DNA of 64,000 nucleotides from NCBI GenBank assembly GCA_963831755.1, contig CAWHRC010000004.1:303490-367489 (forward strand), given 5' to 3'. A program made the translations under genes and the position numbers. The stretch is from an uncultured Acidobacteriota bacterium. GTDB lineage: Bacteria > Acidobacteriota > Vicinamibacteria > Fen-336. Positions 19,886 through 28,211 of the stretch are shown here, in pieces. The notes beneath the pieces were generated by a model. The model did not search any database. It was not told where the DNA came from and worked only from the letters and a program-made list of their open reading frames with translations. How positions within the stretch are numbered: the stretch's first letter is position 1; every line of letters begins with the position of its first letter.

Positions 19886-21151
19886 TCAGGCGCGCGTGGG
19901 TTCCGCGGTTCGGCTCGCCGAGGCTGGCGCACGCCCGGCGTGGGCCGCTGCGATCGCCTGAGCGAGGTCCCGCCAGAGGTCCTCGGGGTCCTCGAGACCC
20001 ACCGACAGCCGCAGCAGGCTGTCCGAGATCCCGCTCGCAGCCTTGGCGCCCTCGGCCACGCAGCGGTGCGTCAGGCCGGCCGGGTGCTGGATCAGCGTGT
20101 CGGCCGTGCCCAGGCTCACGGCCGAGACGACGATCCGGACGCCTGCCAGCACGGCGCGGGCCGCTTCGAAGCCGCCGGCCACCTCGAAGGAGAGCACGCT
20201 CCCGGGCCCGGCCATCTGCCGGCCCAGCAGTCCCTGCGGGTCGGCGCCGACGAGGCCCGGGTAGTGGACCTTCGTCACCAGGGGGTGGCGCGCGAGCCGC
20301 TCGGCGATCATGCGCGCCCCGTCCTGCGCCGCCCTCACCCGCAGCGGCAGCGTGGGCAGGCCTCGGTGCAGCAGGAAGGCCGCCATCGGGTGCAGCAGCG
20401 CGCCGGTGGCGACCCGCACCTTGCGCAGGCGGACGGCCCACGCCTCGCTCGACGCGACGACGCCCGCGATGACGTCGCCGTGGCCGCCCAGGAACTTCGT
20501 GGCGCTGTGCAGCACCAGCGCGGCCCCCAGCTCGAGCGGGCGCTGCAGCACCGGCGTCATGAACGTCGAGTCGACCAGCACGGGCACGCCCGCGGCGTCG
20601 CGCACGACCTGCGCGATGTCGACCAGGTCGAGCGTGGGGTTGCCCGGCGTCTCGAGCAGCACGAGGCAGGTGTCGGGCCGCACGGCGCCCTTGACGCCAG
20701 CGGCCGTCGTGAACGTCACCTCGTGGCCGAGCAGGCCGCCGGCGAGCAGCGCGTCGCTGCCGCCGTACAAAGGGCGCACGGCGACGACGTGCCCCCGGCC
20801 GGCCTCGCGGGCGGCGAGCAGCACCGCCGTGAGCGCGGCCATGCCCGAGGCGAACGCCACGGACGCCTCCGCGCCCTCGAGCGACGCCAGCGCCGCCTCG
20901 TAGCGGGCCACGGTCGGGTTGTGGAAGCGCGCGTAGATGAAGCTGCCGGTCGGCGCGCCGCCCCTGCCCATCGCGTCGATCGAGGCCGTCGCGGCCTCGA
21001 GCTCGCCGGTCGGGTAGGTCGTGGAGAGGTCGATCGGCGGCGCGTGGACCCCCTGCGCGCCGAAGTCCTCGCGCCCGGCGTGGACCGCGAGGGTCTCGAA
21101 CGAGACGTGGCGCTGACCCGGCTCGTGGCGAACGTCGTTCGGCTTCTCCAT
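19886..21151 (-). CDS. PLP-dependent Cys/Met-metabolism enzyme (methionine gamma-lyase / cystathionine gamma-synthase family)
   Basis: Starts MEKPNDVRHEPGQRHVSFETLAVHAGRE (ATG at 21151). The SATKFLGGHGD Lys-PLP motif is present. 421 aa. Confidence 0.85.
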   Translation of the reverse strand: MEKPNDVRHEPGQRHVSFETLAVHAGREDFGAQGVHAPPIDLSTTYPTGELEAATASIDAMGRGGAPTGSFIYARFHNPTVARYEAALASLEGAEASVAFASGMAALTAVLLAAREAGRGHVVAVRPLYGGSDALLAGGLLGHEVTFTTAAGVKGAVRPDTCLVLLETPGNPTLDLVDIAQVVRDAAGVPVLVDSTFMTPVLQRPLELGAALVLHSATKFLGGHGDVIAGVVASSEAWAVRLRKVRVATGALLHPMAAFLLHRGLPTLPLRVRAAQDGARMIAERLARHPLVTKVHYPGLVGADPQGLLGRQMAGPGSVLSFEVAGGFEAARAVLAGVRIVVSAVSLGTADTLIQHPAGLTHRCVAEGAKAASGISDSLLRLSVGLEDPEDLWRDLAQAIAAAHAGRAPASASRTAEPTRA

Positions 21152-21173
21152 GCGAAGATGGTGCCGATTCGGA

Positions 21174-21188
21174 GTATTCTCCGTCAAT
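21174..21188. promoter_or_regulatory. 6-3-6 palindrome GTCAATcgaATTGAC in the 63-bp divergent lrp / gamma-lyase intergenic region
   Basis: Perfect inverted repeat between two divergently transcribed genes, one of them an Lrp/AsnC regulator. Candidate operator. Confidence 0.3.
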
Positions 21189-21214
21189 CGAATTGACTGC
21201 GGAAGGAAGGCCCG

Positions 21215-21697
21215 ATGGCCGGCCTGAACCGAATCGACTTCGCCATTCTGGCGGCGCTGCAGAACGACGCACGGCTGTCGAACAAGGAGCTGGCCGCGCG
21301 CGTCGGGCTCGCTCCCTCGAGCTGCCTCGAGCGGGTGCGCCGGCTGCGCGCAGGCGGCGTGCTCACCGGCTTTCGCGCGCTGGTCGAGCCGCGGGCGCTC
21401 GGCATCGCGATCCAGGCGCTGGTGTTCGTGCGGCTGGCGCGGCACGCGCGCCGGCAGGTGAAGGCCTTTCGGCAGCACGCGCTGTCGCTGCCGGAGACGG
21501 TCGGCCTGTACCACGTGGCCGGCCAGCACGACTTCATCGTGCACGTCGGCGTGCGCGACTCCAACCACCTGCGCGACCTGGCGATGGACGCGTTCACCAG
21601 CCGGCCCGAGGTGGCGCGCATCGAGACCCACCTGATCTTCGAGCACGCCCCGAAGGCGCAGCTGCCGGTGCTGGCCGCCGAGGCCGGAGGCCGTTGA
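21215..21697 (+). CDS. lrp: Lrp/AsnC family transcriptional regulator
   Basis: N-terminal HTH (DFAILAALQNDARLSNKELAARVGLAPSSCLERVRRL) and a C-terminal RAM domain. 160 aa. Confidence 0.9.
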   Translation: MAGLNRIDFAILAALQNDARLSNKELAARVGLAPSSCLERVRRLRAGGVLTGFRALVEPRALGIAIQALVFVRLARHARRQVKAFRQHALSLPETVGLYHVAGQHDFIVHVGVRDSNHLRDLAMDAFTSRPEVARIETHLIFEHAPKAQLPVLAAEAGGR

Positions 21698-21813
21698 TTC
21701 GCGCAGCAGGGCCGCGGCTCGCGAGGCGGCGCGCCGGGTCGGTGGGCGCACGGCCGACGCGACCGGCCGGGCGGCCTCAGTCGCGCGCTACGGGTGATCC
21801 CGCTCCTCCGACG

Positions 21814-21882
21814 GCGGTCGACCATAGTCGTCGACCGCAACTGTCGGCCGCTGGCCGTCGACCCAATCTGTCGTCGACGGCC
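21814..21882. repeat. Two adjacent hairpins with related GTCGAC-containing stems inside a 480-bp non-coding convergent gap
   Basis: GCGGTCGAC-catagtc-GTCGACCGC (21814-21838) and GGCCGTCGAC-ccaatctgtc-GTCGACGGCC (21853-21882). No credible ORF in 21698-22179. Confidence 0.4.
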
Positions 21883-22179
21883 GAGCGGGATCGGCGATGC
21901 GACTGCCGGGAACGGCGCGGCTGCGCGGGCCAGCGAAGGGGGCCGGCGCACGGCGCAGCTGGCCGACTGTGCCCGCGCGGCCGCCACCTCGACGGCTGAT
22001 GCCGGCTTGCCAGCCGCCCCGGCTCGTGCAGACCGTTGCGGCGCGCGCTGCGCCGTAGCCGAGCCTCCGAAGCGCCCGCGCTCGCGCCGTGCCGCAGCTG
22101 GTGCCGGCGATCCCGCGTCGCGGCTGCTGACGTCAACCAGTACCCGCGGCTCGCGCCGGAGCGGGACGGACACTGCCGA

Positions 22180-23925
22180 CTACGCCGTGACGGTCGCCAG
22201 GTCCCGCTCGAGCGTCTGCAGCGACTCGGACAGCTCCCGCGGCAGATGGCTGCCGAAGCGCTCGAAGAATGCCCGGATCTCCGGGACCTCGGCGGCCCAC
22301 TCGCCACGCTCGACCTTCAGCAGCAGCTGCCGGTCGGAGGCCGACAGCGGCAGGCCTCCCCACTCCAGCGACGACTCGGCGGGCACGAGGCCGATCGGCG
22401 TCTCGACCGCTCCGCCGCGGCCCTTCACGCGCTCGACGATCCACAGCAGGACGCGCAGGTTCTCGCCGAAGCCGGGCCACAGGAAGCGGCCGGCGGCGTC
22501 GGTGCGGAACCAGTTGACGTGGAACACGGCCGGCGGGCGCGCGAGACCGCGACCCAGCTCCAGCCAGTGGCCGAAGTAGTCGCCCATGTCGTAGCCGCAG
22601 AAGGGCAGCATCGCCATCGGGTCGCGGCGCACGACGCCGACCCTGCCCGTCGCGGCGGCGGTCGTCTCCGAGCCCATCGTCGCCCCGACGAAGACGCCGT
22701 GCTGCCAGTCGCGGCTCTGGAACACCAGCGGCGCTGTGCGCGCCCGCCGGCCGCCGAACACGATCGCCGAGAGCGGGACACCCTGCGGGTCCTCCCAGCG
22801 CGAAGAGAGCGACGGGCACTGGCGGGCCGCCACGGTGAAGCGCGAGTTGGGGTGCGCGGCCTTGCCGCTGCGGTCCCAGGGCCTGCCCTGCCAGTCGAGG
22901 AGGCCGGCGGGCGGGTCGTCGCCCTTGCCCTCCCACCACGGGACCCCGCCGGGCGAGACCGCGACGTTGGTGAAGATCGTGTCGTGGCTGATCGTGGCGA
23001 GCGCGTTCGGGTTGGTGTCGGGGCCGGTGCCGGGCACGACGCCGAAGAAGCCCGCCTCGGGGTTGACGGCCCACAGCCGGCCGTCGGGGCCCGGACGCAG
23101 CCACGCGATGTCGTCACCGACCGTGCGCACCTTGTAGCCCTGCGCCTCGAACGGCGACACCAGCATCGCGAGGTTCGTCTTGCCGCACGCCGAGGGGAAG
23201 GCGGCCCCGAGGTAGTGCGTCTCGCCGCCGGGCAGCTCGAGCTCGAGGATCAGCATGTGCTCGGCGAGCCAGCCCTCCGCGCGGGCCATGGTCGACGCGA
23301 TGCGCAGGGCGAAGCACTTCTTGCCGAGCAGCGCGTTGCCGCCGTAGCCCGAGCCCACGCTCCAGATCCGCCGCTGCTCGGGGAAATGGACGATGAAGCG
23401 CCGGTCCGGCGAGAGGTCGCCGAGCGAGTGCAGGCCCGGGACGAAGTCCTCGCTCGAGCCCAGCTGGTCGAGGGCGACCCGGCCCATGCGCGTCATGATG
23501 CGCATGCTCGCCACGACGTAGGGGCTGTCGGTGACCTCGACGCCCACCCTGGCGAAGAGCGACCCGGGCGGGCCCATGAGGTAGGGCACCACGAACATCG
23601 TTCGGCCCTTCGCCGCCCCGTCGAACAGGGGCCACACGCGCTGCCGCGCCTCCTCGGGCGACATCCAGTTGTTCGTGGGGCCCGCGGCCTCGCGCGTGCG
23701 GCTCGCGATGAACGTGAGGTGCTCCGTGCGCGCGACGTCCGTCGGGTGGCTGCGGTGCAGGTAGGAGCCGGGAGCCGCCCGCAGATCGAGCGCGTGCAGT
23801 GTGCCGTCGGCGAGCATGCCCTCGACCAGCCGCGCGTTCTCCGCGTCGCTGCCGTCGCACCAGCTGACGCGATCCGGCCGCAGCGTCGCCGTCACTTCCT
23901 CGACCCAGCGTTCCACTGGCTTCAT
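22180..23925 (-). CDS. pckG: Phosphoenolpyruvate carboxykinase (GTP)
   Basis: 581 aa starting MKPVERWVEEV. Contains GSGYGGNALLGKKC, the kinase-1a P-loop AFPSACGKTN, and other GTP-PEPCK family blocks. Confidence 0.9.
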   Translation of the reverse strand: MKPVERWVEEVTATLRPDRVSWCDGSDAENARLVEGMLADGTLHALDLRAAPGSYLHRSHPTDVARTEHLTFIASRTREAAGPTNNWMSPEEARQRVWPLFDGAAKGRTMFVVPYLMGPPGSLFARVGVEVTDSPYVVASMRIMTRMGRVALDQLGSSEDFVPGLHSLGDLSPDRRFIVHFPEQRRIWSVGSGYGGNALLGKKCFALRIASTMARAEGWLAEHMLILELELPGGETHYLGAAFPSACGKTNLAMLVSPFEAQGYKVRTVGDDIAWLRPGPDGRLWAVNPEAGFFGVVPGTGPDTNPNALATISHDTIFTNVAVSPGGVPWWEGKGDDPPAGLLDWQGRPWDRSGKAAHPNSRFTVAARQCPSLSSRWEDPQGVPLSAIVFGGRRARTAPLVFQSRDWQHGVFVGATMGSETTAAATGRVGVVRRDPMAMLPFCGYDMGDYFGHWLELGRGLARPPAVFHVNWFRTDAAGRFLWPGFGENLRVLLWIVERVKGRGGAVETPIGLVPAESSLEWGGLPLSASDRQLLLKVERGEWAAEVPEIRAFFERFGSHLPRELSESLQTLERDLATVTA

Positions 23926-23939
23926 GGCGGGCCGCGGCC

Positions 23940-25242
23940 TCAGGCGTCGAGCGGGGTGAAGGGGTCTGCGACCAGCGCCGAGAGGCGGCGCGCGATCTGG
24001 TCGGCCGAGGGCCGCTCCTCCGGCGCCTTTGCCAGCGCCGCACCCACGAGCGCCTCGAGCGCGGGTGTGACACCCGGGAAGCGCGGCAGCGGCGGCGGCT
24101 CGTCCTCCGCCTGCATCGCGACCAGCGCCAGCGGGTCCGCCGAGGCCGGCATGAACGGCAGGCGGCCCGAGAGCATCTCGTACAGCATCGCGCCGACGCT
24201 GTAGACGTCCGACTTCGGGCCGTACGGGCCGCGCCGGAAGCGCTCGGGCGCCATGTACGCCGGGGTCCCGAGCAGCGAGCCGTCGAGCGTGATGGAGCGG
24301 CCGAGCGCCGTGTCGCCGGCGATCTTCGCGATCCCGAAGTCGAGGATCTTCGGCACCTCGCCGTGCGGCGCGCGGTGCAGGAAGACGTTGGACGGCTTGA
24401 TGTCGCGGTGCACGACGCCCGCCGCGTGGGCCGCGGCCAGCGCCGCGCACACGGGCACCAGGATCTCCGCCGAGCGCTGCGGCGAGAGGTGGCCGGCTGC
24501 GCTCGAGCTCGCGCTCGAGCGAGTAGCCCTCGAGCAGCTCCATCACCAGGTAGGCCACGCCGGCGGCGTTGACGCCGAAGTCGAGCACCGCGACCACGTT
24601 CGGGTGCTGCACGCGGCAGGCCGACGCGCCCTCCCGGCGGAAGCGGGCGAGCGCCTCGGGGTCGGTGCCGGCGCTCGTGCCGAGCACCTTCAGCGCGACG
24701 TCGTGGCCCAGCTCGAGGTGCCGGGCGCGGAACACCGTGCCGAAGCTGCCGCCGCCGATCAGGGACTCGATCCGGTAGCGTCCGCCGAGCACCGCGCCGG
24801 GCAGCGCGTGACCCGGGGTCTGGGGCTCGAAGGCGGCCGCCGCCTCGACCTGCGCCGCGTCGCGCGTGCGCAGGTGGGCCTTGATCCGGGCCAGCGCCAC
24901 CGGGAAGTCGACGGGCTTCGTCACGTAGTCGTTCGCGCCGAGCGACAGCGCCTCCACGACGTCCTCGCTGTCGGTCTTGGCCGTCACCATGATCACGGGC
25001 AGCAGGGCCGAGGAGCGCTCGGCCCGCAGCGCGCGCAGCACGTCGAGCCCGGTCGTGCCCGGCATCGCGATGTCGAGCAGCACGCAGTCGACGGACGTGC
25101 CCTCGAGCAGCTCGAGCGCCTCCATGCCGCCGCCGGCCTGCAGCACGTGGAAGCCGCAGCGCTCGAGCCGGCGCGCCAGGAGGTCGCGGTTCGCCGGCAG
25201 GTCGTCGACGACCAGGATCGTGGTCGTGCCGCTCTCGCTCAC
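23940..25242 (-). pseudogene. Response-regulator receiver + Ser/Thr kinase fusion, one frameshift near 24490 (or a sequencing indel)
   Basis: N-terminal REC domain (ILVVDDLPANRDLL...DIAMPGTTGLDVL...DYVTKP), then a kinase N-lobe (GGGSFGTVFRA, ALKVL). The frame breaks after ELERS. The kinase continues in the adjacent frame (LSPQRSAEILVPVCAALAAAHAAGVVHRDIKPSN...DFG...GTPAYMAPE) to a stop at 23940. Confidence 0.7.
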
Positions 25243-26157
25243 GACCCTGCTCCGCGCGCCACGAACGGGCCGGCCTGCAGCCAGCGCGACGGCGGCCTGC
25301 GGCCCAGCCGCTCGGCCAGCCAGCCCGAGGCCAGGGCGACCGCCGGCAGGTCGACGCCCGTGCGCACTCCCATCCCGTGCAGCATGTACAGCAGGTCCTC
25401 GGTCGCCAGGTTGCCCGCCGCGCCGGGCGCGAAGGGGCAGCCGCCGAACCCGCCGGCCGAGCTGTCGACGACGGCCACGCCCTGCTGCAGGGCGGCCAGC
25501 ACGTTCGCCAGCGCGGTGCCGCGCGTGTCGTGGAAGTGCGCGGCGAGCGCCGCCCGCGGCAGCGCCTCGGCCAGCCGTCCGAACAGCTCGGCCGCCTGCG
25601 TGGGCACCGCGACGCCGATGGTGTCCCCGATCGAGATCTCGTCGCAGCCCAGCTCGCGCAGCCGCAGCGCGACCTCCAGCACGCGCCCGGGGTCGACCCG
25701 CCCCTCGTACGGGCAGCCGAAGCAGGTCGAGACGTAGCCGCGCAGGCGCAGGCCCGCGGCCAGCGCCTCCGGCACGAACTCGCGGAAGCGCGCGAAGGAC
25801 TCGTCGATGGTGGCGTTCGTGTTGCGGCGGTTGAAGGTCTCGCTGGCGGCGGTGAAGACCGCGATCTCGCGCGCCCCGACGGCGCGGGCGCGCTCGAAGC
25901 CCTGGCGATTGGGGACGAGCACGGGCAGGCGTGTCGCGACCTGCGCCGACAGGGCGCGTAGCACCTCGTCGGAGCCCGTCATCTGCGGCACCCGCTTCGG
26001 GGACACGAACGCGCCCACCTCGACGACGGGCAGGCCCGCCGCGATCAGGCGCCGACAGAGCTCCACGCGCTCCGCGACGGAGAGCGCCACCTTCTCGTTC
26101 TGCAGGCCGTCGCGCGGAGAGACCTCGACGACGGTGACCTGCTCCGGGAGCCTCACG
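25239..26157 (-). CDS. Hydroxymethylglutaryl-CoA lyase
   Basis: Probable GTG start at VRLPEQVTVVEVSPRDGLQNE. DRE-TIM lyase motifs are present, including HFHDTRGTALANV. The upstream in-frame extension overlaps the neighbouring gene and is not coding. Confidence 0.8.
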
Positions 26158-26629
26158 CCTCGATCTCCACCAGCGGCCGGCCGGGCGCCACCATGTCCCC
26201 GACCGCCACGTGCACGGCCCGCACGGTGCCGTCGCTGGGCGCGCGCAGGGCGTTCTCCATCTTCATCGCCTCGACGACCAGCAGCTCCTCGCCCTTCCTC
26301 ACGCGCCGGCCGGCCTCGACCTTGAGCGCCGTCACGCGGCCCGGCATCGGCGCCTCCAGCGCGAAGGCGTCCTGCCGCGGCGCGCGGCGGGCCCCCTCGC
26401 GCTCCTCCTGCAGCGTGTAGGCGACGCCGTCCCAGAAGACGTGCACCCGCTCGCCGTCGCGGGCGACGTGCAGCAGGCCCGCCCTGCCGCCCTCTCGCGC
26501 CAGGTAGACGCCCTCGGCGACCGGCTCGAGCACCAGCTCGAACGTGCGGTCGCCGAGGCTGACGGAGGCGCCCTCCCCTCGTGCCCGCACGCGCGGCTCG
26601 TACAGCTGCCCGCCGCAACGCAGGCGCAT
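26153..26629 (-). CDS. Biotinyl/lipoyl (BCCP) domain ORF, probably the C-terminal part of the acyl-CoA carboxylase alpha subunit
   Basis: EAMKMEN biotin attachment motif. Its ATG overlaps the upstream TGA as TGATG, and the sequence continues the BT-linker of the upstream biotin carboxylase without a gap. Confidence 0.7.
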   Translation of the reverse strand: MRLRCGGQLYEPRVRARGEGASVSLGDRTFELVLEPVAEGVYLAREGGRAGLLHVARDGERVHVFWDGVAYTLQEEREGARRAPRQDAFALEAPMPGRVTALKVEAGRRVRKGEELLVVEAMKMENALRAPSDGTVRAVHVAVGDMVAPGRPLVEIEA

Positions 26630-28140
26630 CAGCGCTCTCCGCCGGGCGCCCCGAGCCGCCAGGGTCCGACCTGCGCCCAGGCGTCGGGGGTGACCGTGCC
26701 GTGCGGCCGGCCCGCGCCGGCCGGCGCTTGCCGCTGCAGGGCCAGCGCCAGGGCCGCGATCGCCACCGCCGGCGGGCAGGGCCGGGGGGTCAGCTCGGCC
26801 AGGTGCTGCTCGATGAAGCCGGTGTGCAGCTCCGCCCGGGCGAAAGCCGGGTGCTCGAGGATCGCCCGCAGGCGCGCGAGGTTCGTCACGACGCCCAGCA
26901 CCACCGTCCGGCGCAGCGCGTCGCGCATCCTCTCCACGGCCTCGTCGCGGTCGTGGCCCCAGGCGACGATCTTCGACAGCAGCGGGTCGTAGTGGACGCT
27001 CACCTCCGAGCCGGCGCACAGCCCCGAGTCGACGCGCAGGCCCGGCCCCTCCGGCTCCGACAGGTGGAGCACGCGGCCGGGCGAGGGCAGGTCGTCGTTC
27101 TCCGGGTCCTCGGCGTACAGCCGGCACTCGAGCGCGTGGCCGTTGCGCACCACGTCCACCTGGGCCAGCCCGAGCGGCCGGCCGGCCGCGACCTCGAGCT
27201 GCAGGCGCACGAGGTCGAGGCCGGTGACGGCCTCGGTCACCGGGTGCTCGACCTGGAGCCGGGTGTTCATCTCCAGGAAGTAGAAGCGGCCGTCCGGCGC
27301 GAGCAGGAACTCGACCGTGCCGGCCCCGAGGTACGAGGCCGCCCGTGCCGCCGCGACACCGGCCGCGCACAAGGCCTCGCGCGCCGTGGCGTCGAGCGCC
27401 GGGCTGGGCGTCTCCTCGACCACCTTCTGGTGGCGTCTCTGCACGGAGCACTCGCGCTCGCCGAGGTGCAGCACGCGCCCTTGCGCGTCGGCCAGCACCT
27501 GCACCTCGACGTGGCGCGGGCGCTCGAGGAACCGCTCGAGCAGCAGCGCGTCGTCGCCGAAGGCGGAACGGGCCTCGCGCCGCGAGGACTGCAGGGCGGC
27601 CGCGAGCTCGCCCTCGTCCCGCACCACGCGCATGCCCTTGCCGCCGCCCCCGCGCGAGGGCTTGACCATCAGCGGAAAGCCGACCCGCCGCGCCTCGGCC
27701 ACGAGCGTCGCGTCCCGCTGGTCCTCGCCGTCGTAGCCGGGCAGCACCGGCACGCCCGCCGCGGCCATCGTCCACCGGGCCGCCCGCTTGTCGCCCATGC
27801 TCCGGTGGACGGCGCCCGGCGGGCCGACGAACGTGATCCCGGCCTCGCGCAGCGCGTCCGCGAAGTCGCCGTTCTGACTCAGGAACCCGTAGCCCGGGTG
27901 GACCGCGTCTGCGCCGGTCCGCCGCGCCGCGTCGACCAGCGCCGGGATCGACAGGTAGGAGAGGGCCGCCTCGGCGGGGCCGATCGCGACGGCTTCGTCG
28001 GCCTCGCGCAGGTGGCGGGCTCCGCGGTCGGCCTCGGAGTAGACGGCCACGGTCGGGATGCCCAGCACCCGGCAGGTGCGCAGGACGCGCACGGCGATCT
28101 CGCCGCGGTTCGCGACCAGGACCTTGCGGAAGAGGGGCAC
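26629..28140 (-). CDS. Biotin carboxylase (acetyl/propionyl/methylcrotonyl-CoA carboxylase alpha subunit, BC + linker)
   Basis: MPLFRKVLVANRGEIAVRV, the ATP-grasp block GGGGKGMRVV, and EMNTRLQVEHPVTE. 503 aa. Confidence 0.9.
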   Translation of the reverse strand: MPLFRKVLVANRGEIAVRVLRTCRVLGIPTVAVYSEADRGARHLREADEAVAIGPAEAALSYLSIPALVDAARRTGADAVHPGYGFLSQNGDFADALREAGITFVGPPGAVHRSMGDKRAARWTMAAAGVPVLPGYDGEDQRDATLVAEARRVGFPLMVKPSRGGGGKGMRVVRDEGELAAALQSSRREARSAFGDDALLLERFLERPRHVEVQVLADAQGRVLHLGERECSVQRRHQKVVEETPSPALDATAREALCAAGVAAARAASYLGAGTVEFLLAPDGRFYFLEMNTRLQVEHPVTEAVTGLDLVRLQLEVAAGRPLGLAQVDVVRNGHALECRLYAEDPENDDLPSPGRVLHLSEPEGPGLRVDSGLCAGSEVSVHYDPLLSKIVAWGHDRDEAVERMRDALRRTVVLGVVTNLARLRAILEHPAFARAELHTGFIEQHLAELTPRPCPPAVAIAALALALQRQAPAGAGRPHGTVTPDAWAQVGPWRLGAPGGER

Positions 28141-28211
28141 GGGGCTACTTCACCACAGGTTTCTCGGCAGGCGCAAAGACGGCGGTCACAGCCGGCGGAC
28201 GCGCTGCGACC

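Noticed and set aside
21777-22579. ORFs 21777-22307 (minus) and 21794-22579 (plus) in the lrp-pckG gap
   Set aside because: R/A/S/P-rich translations without an RBS or motifs. The plus-strand ORF overlaps pckG antisense. The region is better explained as non-coding with hairpins.
26153-26629. Treating the BCCP ORF as an independent accB-like gene
   Set aside because: The linker sequence is continuous with the upstream biotin carboxylase, and the summed length equals a fused MCC/PCC alpha subunit. With the many frameshifts elsewhere, a one-base indel is at least as likely. It is kept as a separate feature but flagged.
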